The position numbers were made by a program, and so were the translations under genes. DNA of 64,000 nt from the NCBI GenBank assembly GCA_026395055.1, contig JAPLZK010000002.1:128154-192153 (forward strand), given 5' to 3'. This DNA comes from Candidatus Uhrbacteria bacterium (lineage in GTDB: Bacteria > Patescibacteriota > Patescibacteriia > UBA9934 > GWF2-40-263). Under the pieces are notes generated by a model. It was not told the DNA's origin. It saw only the letters and a program-made list of their open reading frames with translations, and did not search any database. Below are positions 43,727-54,203 of the stretch, piece after piece (positions within the stretch are counted from its first letter, which is position 1; each line of letters starts with the position of its first letter).

Positions 43727-43800
43727 GAGGAGTTCGACGACGAAGCAATCTTGCGCTTCGTGTCGAAAAGATTGCCGCGCTTCGCTCGCAATGACATGCA
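43727..43800. repeat. Long nested imperfect palindrome between murA and the M50 protease gene
   Basis: gtcattgcgag...gaagcaatctt...aagattgc...ctcgcaatgac, nested inverted repeats about 74 bp, no T-tract. Confidence 0.5.
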
Positions 43801-43808
43801 AATAAAAT

Positions 43809-44492
43809 ATGTTCCTCACCCTCCTTTTTTCCTCACCACCTCTCGCTCTCGCTTGGATCATCGCGATTTTATTTTCGCTCACGGTTCATGAATTTTCTCA
43901 TGGTCTCATGGCAAAGGTGAGAGGGGATCTGACAGCTGAACGTGAAGGACGCCTCACATTGAATCCACTCGCACACCTTGACGTGTTTGGATTTATTCCA
44001 TTGCTTCTCTTTGGATTTGGTTGGGCAAAACCCGTTCCGTTTAATCCGTACAATTTAAAAAATCCCAAATGGGATTCTGTATTAATTGCGCTTGCAGGGC
44101 CCGCATCAAACTTGATCATCGCAATAGTGTGTTCGATGGCATTTCGATATTTGGTTGTTGGAGGAATACTATCATCGTACAGTTTGCTTTCCGCATTTCT
44201 CTTTTTCTTCATCTTGCTCAATTTATTTTTGATGTTGTTCAATATCATCCCCATTGAGCCACTCGACGGTTCCAAATTATTTTTCGCGCTCTTCGATGCG
44301 CCAAAGTATGAGCAGCTTCGTCGTTTCGTGTTTGTGCGCGGTCCTCAGATGTTGATGTTTGCTGTCTTTATCTCGCTCCTCACAAACATCGACATCTTCT
44401 TTTTTATCTCGCGACCTGCATATGCCATTTGTCATTCTCTGACCGGAACAAGTTGTGAGGCGTATCAGAGCATGTTGTTTTCCTCACTTTAG
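43809..44492 (+). CDS. Site-2 protease family (peptidase M50) membrane metalloprotease
   Basis: HEFSHG (HExxH) inside a TM helix, a second conserved Asp-containing helix (LDGSKL) and a polytopic membrane topology. Confidence 0.75.
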   Translation: MFLTLLFSSPPLALAWIIAILFSLTVHEFSHGLMAKVRGDLTAEREGRLTLNPLAHLDVFGFIPLLLFGFGWAKPVPFNPYNLKNPKWDSVLIALAGPASNLIIAIVCSMAFRYLVVGGILSSYSLLSAFLFFFILLNLFLMLFNIIPIEPLDGSKLFFALFDAPKYEQLRRFVFVRGPQMLMFAVFISLLTNIDIFFFISRPAYAICHSLTGTSCEAYQSMLFSSL

Positions 44493-44561
44493 AAAAATGT
44501 ACAAAAGAATGCATTTCGATTATGCTCTAAAGAGACCAACAAAATCTCTTCAAAGAATCTT

Positions 44562-45206
44562 ATGAAAAAAATTTCACATCTTATTTCAGTGTTCGTCATA
44601 GCTTCCGTTCTTGTCTTGCCACAAGCGGCTGTTTTGGCAGCAACAAATTCGGCAAGCTTTGCGGTTGTTTATAACGGCTACGGAACAGTAGCTCAGGCAA
44701 GTGGTGTTGTGAATTTAATTCCAATGGCTGCAACACAACCCTCTGAAACACATGCAGCACTTGTCGTGAGTAAACAAAGTGTTCATCAACCGTTTCAGTT
44801 GAGTTACACCATGAAAACCACACAACAGCTTCGCACCGGTTCCACCCCAAATCCGTGGGAGGTGGGTTGGTTCTTGTTTGGTTATAAGAGTACGGGTGCG
44901 TTCAAGTATTTGGTTATGAAACCGGACGGATACGGATTTGAACTCGGAGAATCGCTCTTGAACAATAATCAGAATTTTCTCTACACCTCCGCGTTTAACC
45001 AAGATTTGTTCCCAATTAATACGGATTATAATGTCACTGTTCTTGCCAGAAAGAACGTGGTGACCGTGACTGTAAACGGTAAAAAGTCCCTGCAATACAC
45101 GCTTTCCTCAAAAGATACGCTCTCCTTGGACGGCCAATACGGGTTTTATACAGAAGACGCGGCTGTACAGGTTTCAAACATCAAAATGCAGCAGCTCATG
45201 AAGTAA
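44562..45206 (+). CDS. Hypothetical secreted protein
   Basis: Signal peptide (MKKISHLISVFVIASVLVLPQAAVLA) with a terminator downstream. Confidence 0.5.
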   Translation: MKKISHLISVFVIASVLVLPQAAVLAATNSASFAVVYNGYGTVAQASGVVNLIPMAATQPSETHAALVVSKQSVHQPFQLSYTMKTTQQLRTGSTPNPWEVGWFLFGYKSTGAFKYLVMKPDGYGFELGESLLNNNQNFLYTSAFNQDLFPINTDYNVTVLARKNVVTVTVNGKKSLQYTLSSKDTLSLDGQYGFYTEDAAVQVSNIKMQQLMK

Positions 45207-45207
45207 A

Positions 45208-45242
45208 CCAAAACCGGACGTTTCAAACGTCCGGTTTTTTGG
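45208..45242 (+). terminator. Rho-independent terminator
   Basis: ccggacgtt-tca-aacgtccgg followed by TTTTTT. Confidence 0.7.
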
Positions 45243-45272
45243 TGGAAAAACGCAGAAAATCCCCATAAACAC

Positions 45273-45301
45273 TTGACAAAAGTGCGATTTTGTGGTATAT
45301 T
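45273..45301 (+). promoter_or_regulatory. Consensus sigma70-like promoter for hrpA
   Basis: TTGACA, 17-bp spacer, TATATT with a TGg extension. Confidence 0.6.
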
Positions 45302-45406
45302 AGTCCGTCAGAAATTGGGCGAAGTCCGTCCCGTTTTTGTGCGATTGTTCGATAAAACCGAACCTTTCGATGTATTGGTTTCACTCAATTTCAAAGAGGT
45401 GATGAC

Positions 45407-48400
45407 GTGTCTGACAAAATTTTTGTCCTTCCGTTTGATGCGTACGTGGACGAGTTTCTTGAACTCGTGCGCCGAAACCAGGTTGTCATTCTCGCGGCCG
45501 AAACCGGCGCGGGAAAGTCCACCAAAGCACCACTCGCTCTGCTGAACGCAGGGCTCGGTGGCAACAAGCTGATTGGGGTTTCCGAACCTCGACGTCCGGC
45601 GGCAACGCTGCTCGCAAAGTGGGTGGCAGAACTGCACGGAACCGAATTCGGGACCGTGGTCGGCTATCAGATTGGTCAGGACAAGCAGATCTCGAAAGAG
45701 TCTGAGCTCGTGTTCCTGACCGAAGGTGTTCTCTTGAACCAGCTCCATTCGGATCCGCTTCTTTCGCACTACGGCATCATCTGCCTCGACGAGGTGCATG
45801 AGCGTGGCGTGAATCAAGATCTCCTGATGGCACTCGTGAAGAGCGTGCTCCCGAAGCGGCCCGACCTCAAGGTTGTGGTCATGTCGGCCACGATCGACAC
45901 AGATAAGTTCGCGAAGTACTTCGGCAATGCTCCTGTGCTCACGGTCCCCGGTCGGGTTTTCCCGGTTGCGGTTCGCTACGCAGAAGACACGCCGAATGCG
46001 GGCCGCATGGTGGATGCGATGATTGAGAAGATTCTAGAGATTTTGCACGGCAACGAGCCGGGCGACATCCTCGCGTTCCTTCCGGATCAAGCGAGCATCA
46101 CGCAGGTCGTGAGCAAGCTCGAAAAGGAAAAGGAGCGCGAGCTCTCGCGTTATCGGTTCCTGCCGCTTTACGGCTCGCAGGCGCCCGATGATCAGGCGGA
46201 AGTGTTCAAGGTGGATGGTCGCCGTCGCATCATTGTGGCGACGAACATCGCGGAAACCTCGCTCACGATTGACGGCGTCCGACATGTGGTCGACTCCGGG
46301 CAAATTAAGGCGACGGTTTACGTCGACGCCAACATGTCCGCGCTGCAAGTGACCGAGCATTCGCAAGCTGGTTGCAATCAGCGCAAGGGACGTGCGGGTC
46401 GGACGCAAAATGGTATTTGCCATCGTCTGTTCTGCGAGGCAGATTTCGAAAGCCGCGTGGCGTTCACGAAGCCGGAGATCTTGAGCATGTCGCTCGATCA
46501 GGTTCTCTTGGATCTGCGTTGCCTGAAGTACACCCTCGCGGAAATTCTCAGCCTCGACCTCATGGACGCTCCGAAGACCCAGCAATGGAAAGACGCTGAA
46601 AAGCGTCTGAAGATGCTTGGTGCGATCGGTGCGGATGGTGCGGTCACCGAGGATGGTGTGCGGATGAAGCGGTTCCACGTGGAGCCGATGATTGGCCGCA
46701 TGATCCTTGAAGGCGAGAAGCACGGATGTTTGGAAGAAGTGATCACGATCAGTGCGTGCCTTGCCGGTACGCGTCCGATCTTCATTCGTCCGAAAGATCG
46801 GTATGCAGAAGCGGACCGCGCGAAAAAAGGATTTGATGATCCGAACTCGGATCTGCTCACCCTTCTCAAGGTGTGGCGGCAATGGGATCGGACGGACGGA
46901 GATTATCGGTGGGCGAGAGAGAATTTCCTTTCTTCGAGGGCTCTCAGTCAGGTGGATCGCATGCGCGACCAGCTGATGCGGACGCTCGAGCGGGAAGGGG
47001 TTCCGTATTCGTCTTCGAAAGATGAACTTGGTCTTCGCAAGGCTGTTGCGGCCGGGCTCATCGTCAATATTGCCCAGAAGTCTGGGCGATTCAACTATTC
47101 CTGGAATGATCGCTCGACGTTTGTCTCCCCCGGCTCCGCGCTGTTTGGAGATAACCCGCCGCAAATGCTTGTGTGTGTGAAGGCGATGGAAACCACGAAC
47201 GATCGTGGAACCAAAACCTACATGCATGGATGCCATGCGATCGAACCGAGTTGGCTTTCGGAGCTCGTGCCTGCAGAGGCGTGCGCGATGGAAGTGAATT
47301 TGGAAAAAGATTATGTGACGCGCGAACTTCAGCTGAAGTATCGGCGGACCTGGAACGGAATCGAACTCGAGCATAAAACCTTGGAGACGATTCCAGAAGC
47401 ACTCATTCCGTTCATTGCCGCTTCGGTGACGAAGCAGCTTGTCGACGGGTATGGGTACTTCTGTGACAATGCGACGCAGCTCGTAAAGCTGTGGAAGCAG
47501 ATTGTTCCGTCTGTGCCGTGGAGTGTCTTTGGGGAAGAGCGTACCAAGCGTATTCAGCCGTTTGCGGAAACGTTTGCAAAAGCGATTGCGAAAAAGATTG
47601 CGGGCTTGCCCACGATCCGACTCGTTCTCGCCGCAATCGAATCCGTCATCGCGGAAGATGTTCTGATGGGTGACGCGCTCAAGGCGTATCAGATCGAGCA
47701 CGAAGCAGAAATGCGGCGTGACCGTGAGATGATCGCAGAGCGCGCTCGTCGTGAAGAAGAAACTCGTAAGGCGAACGAAAAAGCGCAAGCTGAATTCGCT
47801 CCGCTGCGCGAAGAGTTCGCGGCACTCGATGCTCGTGTGCGTGCCCTCGGGTACGTGTTCGACTATTCGGGCGGTACGCGCATGGATTTCCGCGACAATA
47901 ATCAGCGTGAGATCGCTCGCAGAAACGTGAACAGCACTTACGCGTATGATCTCTCGACGGCGCGGTACGAACTGCAACAGTACACGGCGATCGTCGAACG
48001 GCTGGAGCGTGCCAACGCCCCGAAGTTTGATCTGACCCGCGTCATCTACGCACAAGTACGCGCAGTCATGCCGGTTTGTCCTGTCTGTGGCGGAGCGTGG
48101 AATGATTCCTTCGTTTGTACGCAAGTGCACTCGCCGGATCAGGTCATCGCAAAGCATGGTCAGAATGACTGGCTCATCGGTGAGTTCAAGACGGATCGGG
48201 ACGAGACGGTTGCGAGCGTAAGCATCGAACGTCGTCGCACTTCCGTGAAGCTCGAATTTGAAGTCGGTGAGAATCAGGCTTGGTCGTACAAGGCGTTCAA
48301 GTTTATCGCGTTCAATCCGAACATCATTGTTCTGTCGCCGGCCTTGGTTGCGGATCGCGAGATCATCCTCCTCTGGCTTGCGGAACTCGAAGAAGCAAAG

Positions 48401-48727
48401 CGAGCTCTCGAAGCCGAACTCGCATTTGTTGCAGACCTCAAGCGGAAGGTAACGACCGGTGAGGTGATTTGTCTCAAGTTTCGGGATCGTGGCAATGGCA
48501 CCATGGTCGCAGATTACAAGCGCGAGCTTGTCGAAGCGCCCTACGGTGACGATCTGTCTCGGTATCCGAGCTCGGGAGATTCCTGGTGGTGTCATGTGAT
48601 TCCCGGGAGCGGCCCGACTAAAATCGCCCTTTACCGCAAGGTGGGGGTGACCAAGGTCGATGTCGAAAAAGTCCTCAAGGACGGCCTCGACATGTTCCCG
48701 GGCCTCCCAAGCCAGCTCCTGCAGTAG
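45407..48727 (+). CDS. hrpA: DEAH-box ATP-dependent helicase HrpA-like with a long C-terminal extension
   Basis: Motifs AETGAGKST (motif I), DEVHER (motif II), TNIAETSLT and QRKGRAGR (motif VI), plus HA2/OB-like regions. About 450 extra C-terminal residues with a coiled-coil and CPVCGG. Confidence 0.75.
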   Translation: MSDKIFVLPFDAYVDEFLELVRRNQVVILAAETGAGKSTKAPLALLNAGLGGNKLIGVSEPRRPAATLLAKWVAELHGTEFGTVVGYQIGQDKQISKESELVFLTEGVLLNQLHSDPLLSHYGIICLDEVHERGVNQDLLMALVKSVLPKRPDLKVVVMSATIDTDKFAKYFGNAPVLTVPGRVFPVAVRYAEDTPNAGRMVDAMIEKILEILHGNEPGDILAFLPDQASITQVVSKLEKEKERELSRYRFLPLYGSQAPDDQAEVFKVDGRRRIIVATNIAETSLTIDGVRHVVDSGQIKATVYVDANMSALQVTEHSQAGCNQRKGRAGRTQNGICHRLFCEADFESRVAFTKPEILSMSLDQVLLDLRCLKYTLAEILSLDLMDAPKTQQWKDAEKRLKMLGAIGADGAVTEDGVRMKRFHVEPMIGRMILEGEKHGCLEEVITISACLAGTRPIFIRPKDRYAEADRAKKGFDDPNSDLLTLLKVWRQWDRTDGDYRWARENFLSSRALSQVDRMRDQLMRTLEREGVPYSSSKDELGLRKAVAAGLIVNIAQKSGRFNYSWNDRSTFVSPGSALFGDNPPQMLVCVKAMETTNDRGTKTYMHGCHAIEPSWLSELVPAEACAMEVNLEKDYVTRELQLKYRRTWNGIELEHKTLETIPEALIPFIAASVTKQLVDGYGYFCDNATQLVKLWKQIVPSVPWSVFGEERTKRIQPFAETFAKAIAKKIAGLPTIRLVLAAIESVIAEDVLMGDALKAYQIEHEAEMRRDREMIAERARREEETRKANEKAQAEFAPLREEFAALDARVRALGYVFDYSGGTRMDFRDNNQREIARRNVNSTYAYDLSTARYELQQYTAIVERLERANAPKFDLTRVIYAQVRAVMPVCPVCGGAWNDSFVCTQVHSPDQVIAKHGQNDWLIGEFKTDRDETVASVSIERRRTSVKLEFEVGENQAWSYKAFKFIAFNPNIIVLSPALVADREIILLWLAELEEAKRALEAELAFVADLKRKVTTGEVICLKFRDRGNGTMVADYKRELVEAPYGDDLSRYPSSGDSWWCHVIPGSGPTKIALYRKVGVTKVDVEKVLKDGLDMFPGLPSQLLQ

Positions 48728-48736
48728 AGGTTTTCT

Positions 48737-48776
48737 TGCCCCAGGTGTTCTCTGAACACCTGGGGTTTTTCTTTTC
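48737..48776 (+). terminator. Rho-independent terminator after hrpA
   Basis: ccccaggtgtt-ctctg-aacacctgggg followed by TTTTTCTTTT. Confidence 0.7.
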
Positions 48777-48785
48777 CCCAATATT

Positions 48786-48814
48786 CTTGACGCTTTTTCC
48801 CCTCCGTGATATCT
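48786..48814 (+). promoter_or_regulatory. Candidate promoter of the str operon
   Basis: TTGACG, 17-bp spacer, TATCTT. Confidence 0.45.
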
Positions 48815-48888
48815 TTTCGGCACATAAAACGCTGCTGAAACTCTGAAATTTGTCGACCTCAATGTCTTGAGTTTTTTCTTTTTTTATC

Positions 48889-48921
48889 TAAACCCTAGTC
48901 CCTCGTCCCTAATCCCTCCCA
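48889..48921. repeat. C-rich half-element (complement of GGGAGGGATTAGGGACGAGGGACTAGGG) in the rpsL leader
   Basis: aaaccctagtccctcgtccctaatccctccc directly upstream of the rpsL ATG. Same heptamer units as 2641 and 22748, on the opposite strand. Confidence 0.55.
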
Positions 48922-48923
48922 CT

Positions 48924-49352
48924 ATGCCAACAGTCAACCAACTTATTCGCAAAGGACGCACAAGCAAAGGATCCAAGTCAAAGTCACCTGCCATGCAGTA
49001 CACGTTTGACTCCTTGCACCGCAAAAAGACGAGCTTGGTAAAAGGAAGTCCATTTAAACGTGGAGTTTGTGTAAAGGTAGCAACCATGACTCCAAAGAAG
49101 CCAAACTCTGCTATTCGTAAAATCGCCCGCGTGCGTCTTTCAAACGGAACAGAAGTAAACGCTTACATTCCAGGTGAAGGTCACAACTTGCAAGAGCACT
49201 CCATCGTCATGATTCGTGGCGGAAAGGTGAAAGATCTTCCAGGTGTTCGTTATCACATCGTTCGCGGTGTCTATGACGCCCAAGGAGTAAAGGGTCGTAT
49301 GCAAGGCCGTTCAAAATACGGAGCACAACGTCCTAAGGCAAAGAAAGCGTAA
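48924..49352 (+). CDS. rpsL: 30S ribosomal protein S12
   Basis: [12 protein letters not shown]...PKKPNSA.RK. Confidence 0.9.
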   Translation: MPTVNQLIRKGRTSKGSKSKSPAMQYTFDSLHRKKTSLVKGSPFKRGVCVKVATMTPKKPNSAIRKIARVRLSNGTEVNAYIPGEGHNLQEHSIVMIRGGKVKDLPGVRYHIVRGVYDAQGVKGRMQGRSKYGAQRPKAKKA

Positions 49353-49424
49353 AATCTCATTCATGAGTGGAGTACCTGATTATTGAGTCGGGGAATAAAT
49401 TCCATTCGATTACTTCAAAACATT

Positions 49425-49892
49425 ATGCGCGGAAAAAAAGCTACTCGACGTGAGATTACCCCAGACCCTAAGTTCGGAAATGTTGTTGTTGCAAAACTCA
49501 TCAACACCATCATGCAAAACGGAAAAAAGACGGTTGCACAAGGAATTGTGTATGACGCGTTTGAATTGATGAACAAAAAAACAAGCGAAGACCCAATTGA
49601 AACTTTTGAAAAAGCTCTTAAAAACGTGATGCCATCTCTTGAAGTGAAGTCAAAGCGCGTTGGTGGAGCAAACTATCAAGTTCCAATGTCTGTTCGCGGC
49701 GATCGCCGTTATCTTTTGACATTTCGTTGGATCATTACAGCAGCTCGTGCAAAAAAGGGTCGTCGTATGGCAGAAAAACTTTCTGATGAATTGCTTGCGG
49801 CTGCAAACGGAGAAGGGGATGCTGTGAAGAAGAAATTGGATGTTCAACGTATGGCTGAGGCAAACCGTGCCTTTGCTCACTTCGCAAAGTAA
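49425..49892 (+). CDS. rpsG: 30S ribosomal protein S7
   Basis: S7 family. Start at MRGKKA. Confidence 0.85.
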   Translation: MRGKKATRREITPDPKFGNVVVAKLINTIMQNGKKTVAQGIVYDAFELMNKKTSEDPIETFEKALKNVMPSLEVKSKRVGGANYQVPMSVRGDRRYLLTFRWIITAARAKKGRRMAEKLSDELLAAANGEGDAVKKKLDVQRMAEANRAFAHFAK

Positions 49893-49934
49893 ATTCCAAT
49901 TCTTTAAACCTCTCAAACCTTTCAATCATTCTTT

Positions 49935-52034
49935 ATGCCTAGAGAATACCCGCTACAAGACGTTCGTAACTTTGGAATTTTCGCTCACATCGATGCTGGA
50001 AAAACAACCGTTTCTGAACGTGTGCTTTTTTACACAGGAAAGAAACACAAAATCGGTGAAGTTCACGAAGGTGCAGCAACCATGGACTGGATGGAACAAG
50101 AAAAAGAACGTGGAATTACCATCACAGCCGCTGCAACAACGTGTTTTTGGAAAGATCACCAATTGAACTTGATTGATACCCCAGGACACATCGACTTTAC
50201 CGTTGAAGTAAAGCGCTCAATGCGCGTGCTCGACGGCGGAATTGCGGTGTTTGATGGTGTTGCCGGAGTGGAGCCACAATCCGAAACAAACTGGCGCTAT
50301 GCAGATGACTTTAAAGTGCCTCGTATTGTTTTTATTAACAAATTAGATCGCACAGGAGCGGATTTTTATAAGGACGTTGCTTCGGTTCACAATCGTTTGA
50401 CCAAGCGTGCGTACTGCATTCAACTTCCAATCGGAACAGAAGGTGGATTCAATGGAATCATCGATTTGTTGAAGATGCGTGCATTCATGTATCGCGATGA
50501 AGCAGGGCGAGAAGTAGAAGAAGTTGATATCCCAGAAGAATACAAAGCAAAAGCAGAAGAATACCGAACAATCTTAGTTGAAGCCGTTTGTGAAAACGAC
50601 GAAAAATTGATGGAAAAGTATTTGGCAGGTGAATTCATTACAGAAGCAGAAATGAATCCTGTTATTCGTCGCACAACTATTTCAAACGAATTCATTCCAA
50701 TCATGTGTGGTTCTGCGCTTAAAAACAAAGGTGTTCAACTTTTGTTGGATGCGGTTGTTGCATACTTGCCAAGCCCACTTGATGTTCCGTCTTTTCACGG
50801 AACAGATCCAGATGATCATGAAATCATCATTGATCGTCATTCCTCTGATTCTGAACCATTCGCAGCTCTCGCGTTTAAGATCGCCGCTGATCCATTTGTT
50901 GGAAAGCTCGCCTTCTTCCGCGTGTACTCTGGTTCCGTAAAAGCAGGAACATACATTTTGAACGCATCAAACGGGGCAAAAGAACGTGTCGGACGCATTG
51001 TCCGCTTGCACGCAAACACACGTGAAGAAATTCAAGAAGTGTTTGCTGGTGAAATTGCCGCAATGGTAGGACTCAAAGAAACATTTACCGGTCACACCCT
51101 TTGTGATCCTGAAAACCCAATCTTGCTTGAGGCAATTGTGTTCCCAGAACCAGTTATCTCCATCGCCATTGAACCAAAAACAAAAGGAGACCAAGAAAAA
51201 ATGGGTGTTGCTCTGCAAAAACTTGCAGAAGAAGATCCAACCTTCCGTGTTCGCACAGACGAAGAAACAAACCAAGTTATTATTTCCGGAATGGGAGAAT
51301 TGCACTTGGACATTATTGTGGACCGTATGCGTCGCGAGTTCTCTGTGGATTGTAACGTTGGAACCCCTCAAGTTTCTTATCGTGAAACGATTAAAGGAAA
51401 TGCGGTTGGAGAAGGAAAATACGTCCGTCAAACAGGTGGAAAAGGACAATACGGACACGCGGTTGTGCGTATTGAAAAACTTCCACCAGGTTCTGGATTC
51501 GAATTCGAAGAAGAAATCAAAGGTGGTTCTGTTCCAAAAGAATTTTTTAACCCAATTGAAAAAGGGGCTCACGAAGCCGCTGATCGCGGAGTTCTCGCGG
51601 GTTACCCACTCTTGGACGTTAAAGTTATTTTGACAGACGGTTCCTTCCACGACGTTGACTCTTCAGAAGCTGCCTTTAAAATCGCAGGTTCTATGGCCTT
51701 CCAAGACGCCGCTCACAAAGCGGGTGTTGAATTGCTCGAGCCTGTCATGAAAGTAGAATCTGTCACACCAGAAGATTTCATGGGAGCGGTTGTCGGAGAT
51801 TTGAACGCAAAACGCGGACAAATTCAAAGCATGGAAGATCGCTCTGGTGCAAAGGTCATCACGGCATTTGTTCCGCTCGCCGAAATGTTCGGTTACGCAA
51901 CAACGTTGCGTAGTATGACCCAAGGTCGCGCAAGTTACTCCATGGAATTTGATCACTACGATTCCGTTCCATCAAACGTTTCAAAAGAAATTATTGAAAA
52001 ACGCGGAGGACAAAACCGTCGCGTGGGAAACTAG
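49935..52034 (+). CDS. fusA: Elongation factor G
   Basis: Motifs [17 protein letters not shown] and NKLDR. 699 aa. Confidence 0.9.
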   Translation: MPREYPLQDVRNFGIFAHIDAGKTTVSERVLFYTGKKHKIGEVHEGAATMDWMEQEKERGITITAAATTCFWKDHQLNLIDTPGHIDFTVEVKRSMRVLDGGIAVFDGVAGVEPQSETNWRYADDFKVPRIVFINKLDRTGADFYKDVASVHNRLTKRAYCIQLPIGTEGGFNGIIDLLKMRAFMYRDEAGREVEEVDIPEEYKAKAEEYRTILVEAVCENDEKLMEKYLAGEFITEAEMNPVIRRTTISNEFIPIMCGSALKNKGVQLLLDAVVAYLPSPLDVPSFHGTDPDDHEIIIDRHSSDSEPFAALAFKIAADPFVGKLAFFRVYSGSVKAGTYILNASNGAKERVGRIVRLHANTREEIQEVFAGEIAAMVGLKETFTGHTLCDPENPILLEAIVFPEPVISIAIEPKTKGDQEKMGVALQKLAEEDPTFRVRTDEETNQVIISGMGELHLDIIVDRMRREFSVDCNVGTPQVSYRETIKGNAVGEGKYVRQTGGKGQYGHAVVRIEKLPPGSGFEFEEEIKGGSVPKEFFNPIEKGAHEAADRGVLAGYPLLDVKVILTDGSFHDVDSSEAAFKIAGSMAFQDAAHKAGVELLEPVMKVESVTPEDFMGAVVGDLNAKRGQIQSMEDRSGAKVITAFVPLAEMFGYATTLRSMTQGRASYSMEFDHYDSVPSNVSKEIIEKRGGQNRRVGN

Positions 52035-52039
52035 AAAAA

Positions 52040-52078
52040 CTAAAACCGAGCCTCATATAGGGCTCGGTTTTAGTTTTT
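52040..52078. terminator. Bidirectional terminator between fusA and the convergent methyltransferase gene
   Basis: aaaaccgagcc-tcatatag-ggctcggtttt. Confidence 0.7.
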
Positions 52079-52612
52079 ACGATAGAGTCGAACGTTATCA
52101 ATCGTTCTCTCCTCCTTCCACTTCGGAAACTTAAACCCATTCGCTACCACTCGCGCGCCGATCGGTAATTCTTTTTGTAATTTCTCTTCAATCCCTTTCA
52201 TGGCGTACGAGATTTGGTAAAGCAGAACAAGATTTGTGCTCGATACATCAACGTGCCAAAATGAATCAGGATGAATTTCGATTTTGTCCGTAAGATTTTC
52301 TTTTTCGATCAACTCGCGTGATTGTTTTACAAGCCAGTGTTGAATCTCATAGCCGATGGATTTTTTCGCTCCGGCTTTTGCAGCAGCAATGAGTAATCGA
52401 CCATCACCAGATCCAAGATCCACGACAATATCGGATGGTTGAATTTGCGCGAGTTCGATCATATCATCAATCGCTTCAGGTGGTGTTCCTACAAATAATC
52501 CGCCACCAGCAAACGCGGGAATCATGAGACGAATAAGTGATCGCGTAGCGAAAAATAAATAGACGATGGAGGTGATTCCAATAATTGCTAGGATACTATA
52601 AAGATAAAACAT
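52070..52612 (-). CDS. Class I SAM-dependent methyltransferase with an N-terminal TM helix
   Basis: Motif I VVDLGSGDGRLL. 180 aa. Confidence 0.6.
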   Translation of the reverse strand: MFYLYSILAIIGITSIVYLFFATRSLIRLMIPAFAGGGLFVGTPPEAIDDMIELAQIQPSDIVVDLGSGDGRLLIAAAKAGAKKSIGYEIQHWLVKQSRELIEKENLTDKIEIHPDSFWHVDVSSTNLVLLYQISYAMKGIEEKLQKELPIGARVVANGFKFPKWKEERTIDNVRLYRKN

Positions 52613-53629
52613 ATGATTCCCAAAAAAGTATTAACAGCGTTCGGGTTTGACCAAAATGCTTCTTCAAAGCAACTTTCGTCCGGACTCATTCACCAAACGT
52701 ATCTCATAAAGAATGATCGTAAACAGTATATCATTCAACGATTACACCCGGTACTTGCAACACCTGAGATTGCAAACGATTTTTTGTCCGTGACAAAATA
52801 TTTACACAAAGAAAAATTTCTCGCGCCCGAATGTGTTCTCTCTAAAAAAGGCGAGGTGTTGGTTGATGATGGAAAATGGAAGTGGCGTGCACAGACATTT
52901 GTTTCAGGGAAAACCGTTCATCTATTAAAAGATATAAAGATGGCGAAAGAGGCGGGGGAGGTCTATGCGCGTTTTCACGAGACAATGGCAATCGTGCCGT
53001 ATGAATTTCAATCCAAAAAAGTTTCGCATGATACAGAAAAGATTTTTGAAACGTTTCGTCATACTGTAGATGTATATCGTGACTCTGAACGCATGCTTGA
53101 TGTGATTCATGATGTTGTGTTTCTTCTTGAACAAACACCAAAGTATTTCTTGCCGAAGTCATTACCACTCCGTGTCATCCACGGTGATCCAAAAATTTCA
53201 AACATTTTGTTTGATGCATCGGGAAAAGCAAAATCAATTGTAGATCTTGATACATGTAATCGACGACCAATTCTTGTTGAGCTTGGGGATGCATTTCGAT
53301 CCTGGTGTGGGGGGAGGGAAGACGATGTAAAGAATGTGTTTTCCATCCCAATGTTCCGTGCGGCGTGGAAGGGGTATGCATCAAACGCAACGTTTCTTAC
53401 GAAAATAGAGCGGAAATACGTTGGTAAAGCTATTGGAACGATCACACTCGAACTTGCGTGTCGATTTATGACGGATTATTTTGTCGATGACTATTTTGGC
53501 TGGGATCCGTCACGTTATTCCTCCAGACGAGCACATAATCTTGCTCGAGCGAAAGGGCAGATTGCGGAATTTAAAGATTATCTAAAAAAGCGCGAAATTA
53601 TTGAAAAAATTGTACACAAAGACGCTTGA
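52613..53629 (+). CDS. Aminoglycoside phosphotransferase (APH)/homoserine-kinase-II-like kinase family protein
   Basis: Catalytic HGDPKISNILFD (HGD..N) and DLD metal-binding motif. Confidence 0.55.
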   Translation: MIPKKVLTAFGFDQNASSKQLSSGLIHQTYLIKNDRKQYIIQRLHPVLATPEIANDFLSVTKYLHKEKFLAPECVLSKKGEVLVDDGKWKWRAQTFVSGKTVHLLKDIKMAKEAGEVYARFHETMAIVPYEFQSKKVSHDTEKIFETFRHTVDVYRDSERMLDVIHDVVFLLEQTPKYFLPKSLPLRVIHGDPKISNILFDASGKAKSIVDLDTCNRRPILVELGDAFRSWCGGREDDVKNVFSIPMFRAAWKGYASNATFLTKIERKYVGKAIGTITLELACRFMTDYFVDDYFGWDPSRYSSRRAHNLARAKGQIAEFKDYLKKREIIEKIVHKDA

Positions 53630-53661
53630 CACGAGGCTCGGATCCGCTAAAATGCGGACAT

Positions 53662-54171
53662 ATGAAAGATCAGCTCAAACGTATCCTGAATCTTGTCCAA
53701 AAAACCGGGGACACGATGATTGTGACGGATCCAAATGGAGACGACGTTTACGTCGTAATGGGGCTTGATCAGTATGAAAATCTCAGAAACATAGATGTTT
53801 TTGAGCCAGAACAGGAAATAGATGAATTGGAAGGGTATCGTCAAAGCTTTCCGCAAGGTCCTTCAGCCTGGGGAGACATGGTCGAGTCAGATGAGCTTGA
53901 GACAGTAGGGGATGTCATTGATAAGAATCCAGACATCTGGAGCGTGATGAAACCTGCTGGTGAAGAGGGGGAGACCTGGGATTTGGCAAAATTATCAGAG
54001 AATGAAGCTGAAGACCTTGAAGAGAAGTATAAAAAGTATGCACAGGAGCCAGTAGCGTCAGTTTTCCCAGAAGTTCCTGCGGAGGGAAAAACAGAAGAAA
54101 TTACGCCAAAATTAGCAGAAAACGAGGATGAATTTGGAGAAGAACAGTTTTATCTCGAACCGATTGAGTAA
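53662..54171 (+). CDS. Acidic hypothetical protein with a Phd/YefM-like N-terminal segment
   Basis: N-terminus LKRILNLVQKTGDTMIVTDPNGDDVYVVMGLDQYENL resembles the Phd/YefM antitoxin fold, followed by an about 110-aa E/D-rich tail. No toxin partner nearby. Confidence 0.35.
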   Translation: MKDQLKRILNLVQKTGDTMIVTDPNGDDVYVVMGLDQYENLRNIDVFEPEQEIDELEGYRQSFPQGPSAWGDMVESDELETVGDVIDKNPDIWSVMKPAGEEGETWDLAKLSENEAEDLEEKYKKYAQEPVASVFPEVPAEGKTEEITPKLAENEDEFGEEQFYLEPIE

Positions 54172-54174
54172 GAC

Positions 54175-54203
54175 TTGCGTAATTTAAAAGGGTTTGCTAT
54201 ACT
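54175..54203 (+). promoter_or_regulatory. Candidate dedicated promoter for tuf
   Basis: TTGCGT, 17-bp spacer, TATACT, about 80 nt upstream of the tuf ATG. Confidence 0.5.

Noticed and set aside
46034-48862. 942-aa antisense ORF within hrpA
   Set aside because: Fully overlaps the DEAH helicase gene, which has unmistakable motifs on the plus strand. Arg/Ser/Pro-rich low-complexity translation typical of antisense GC-rich sequence.
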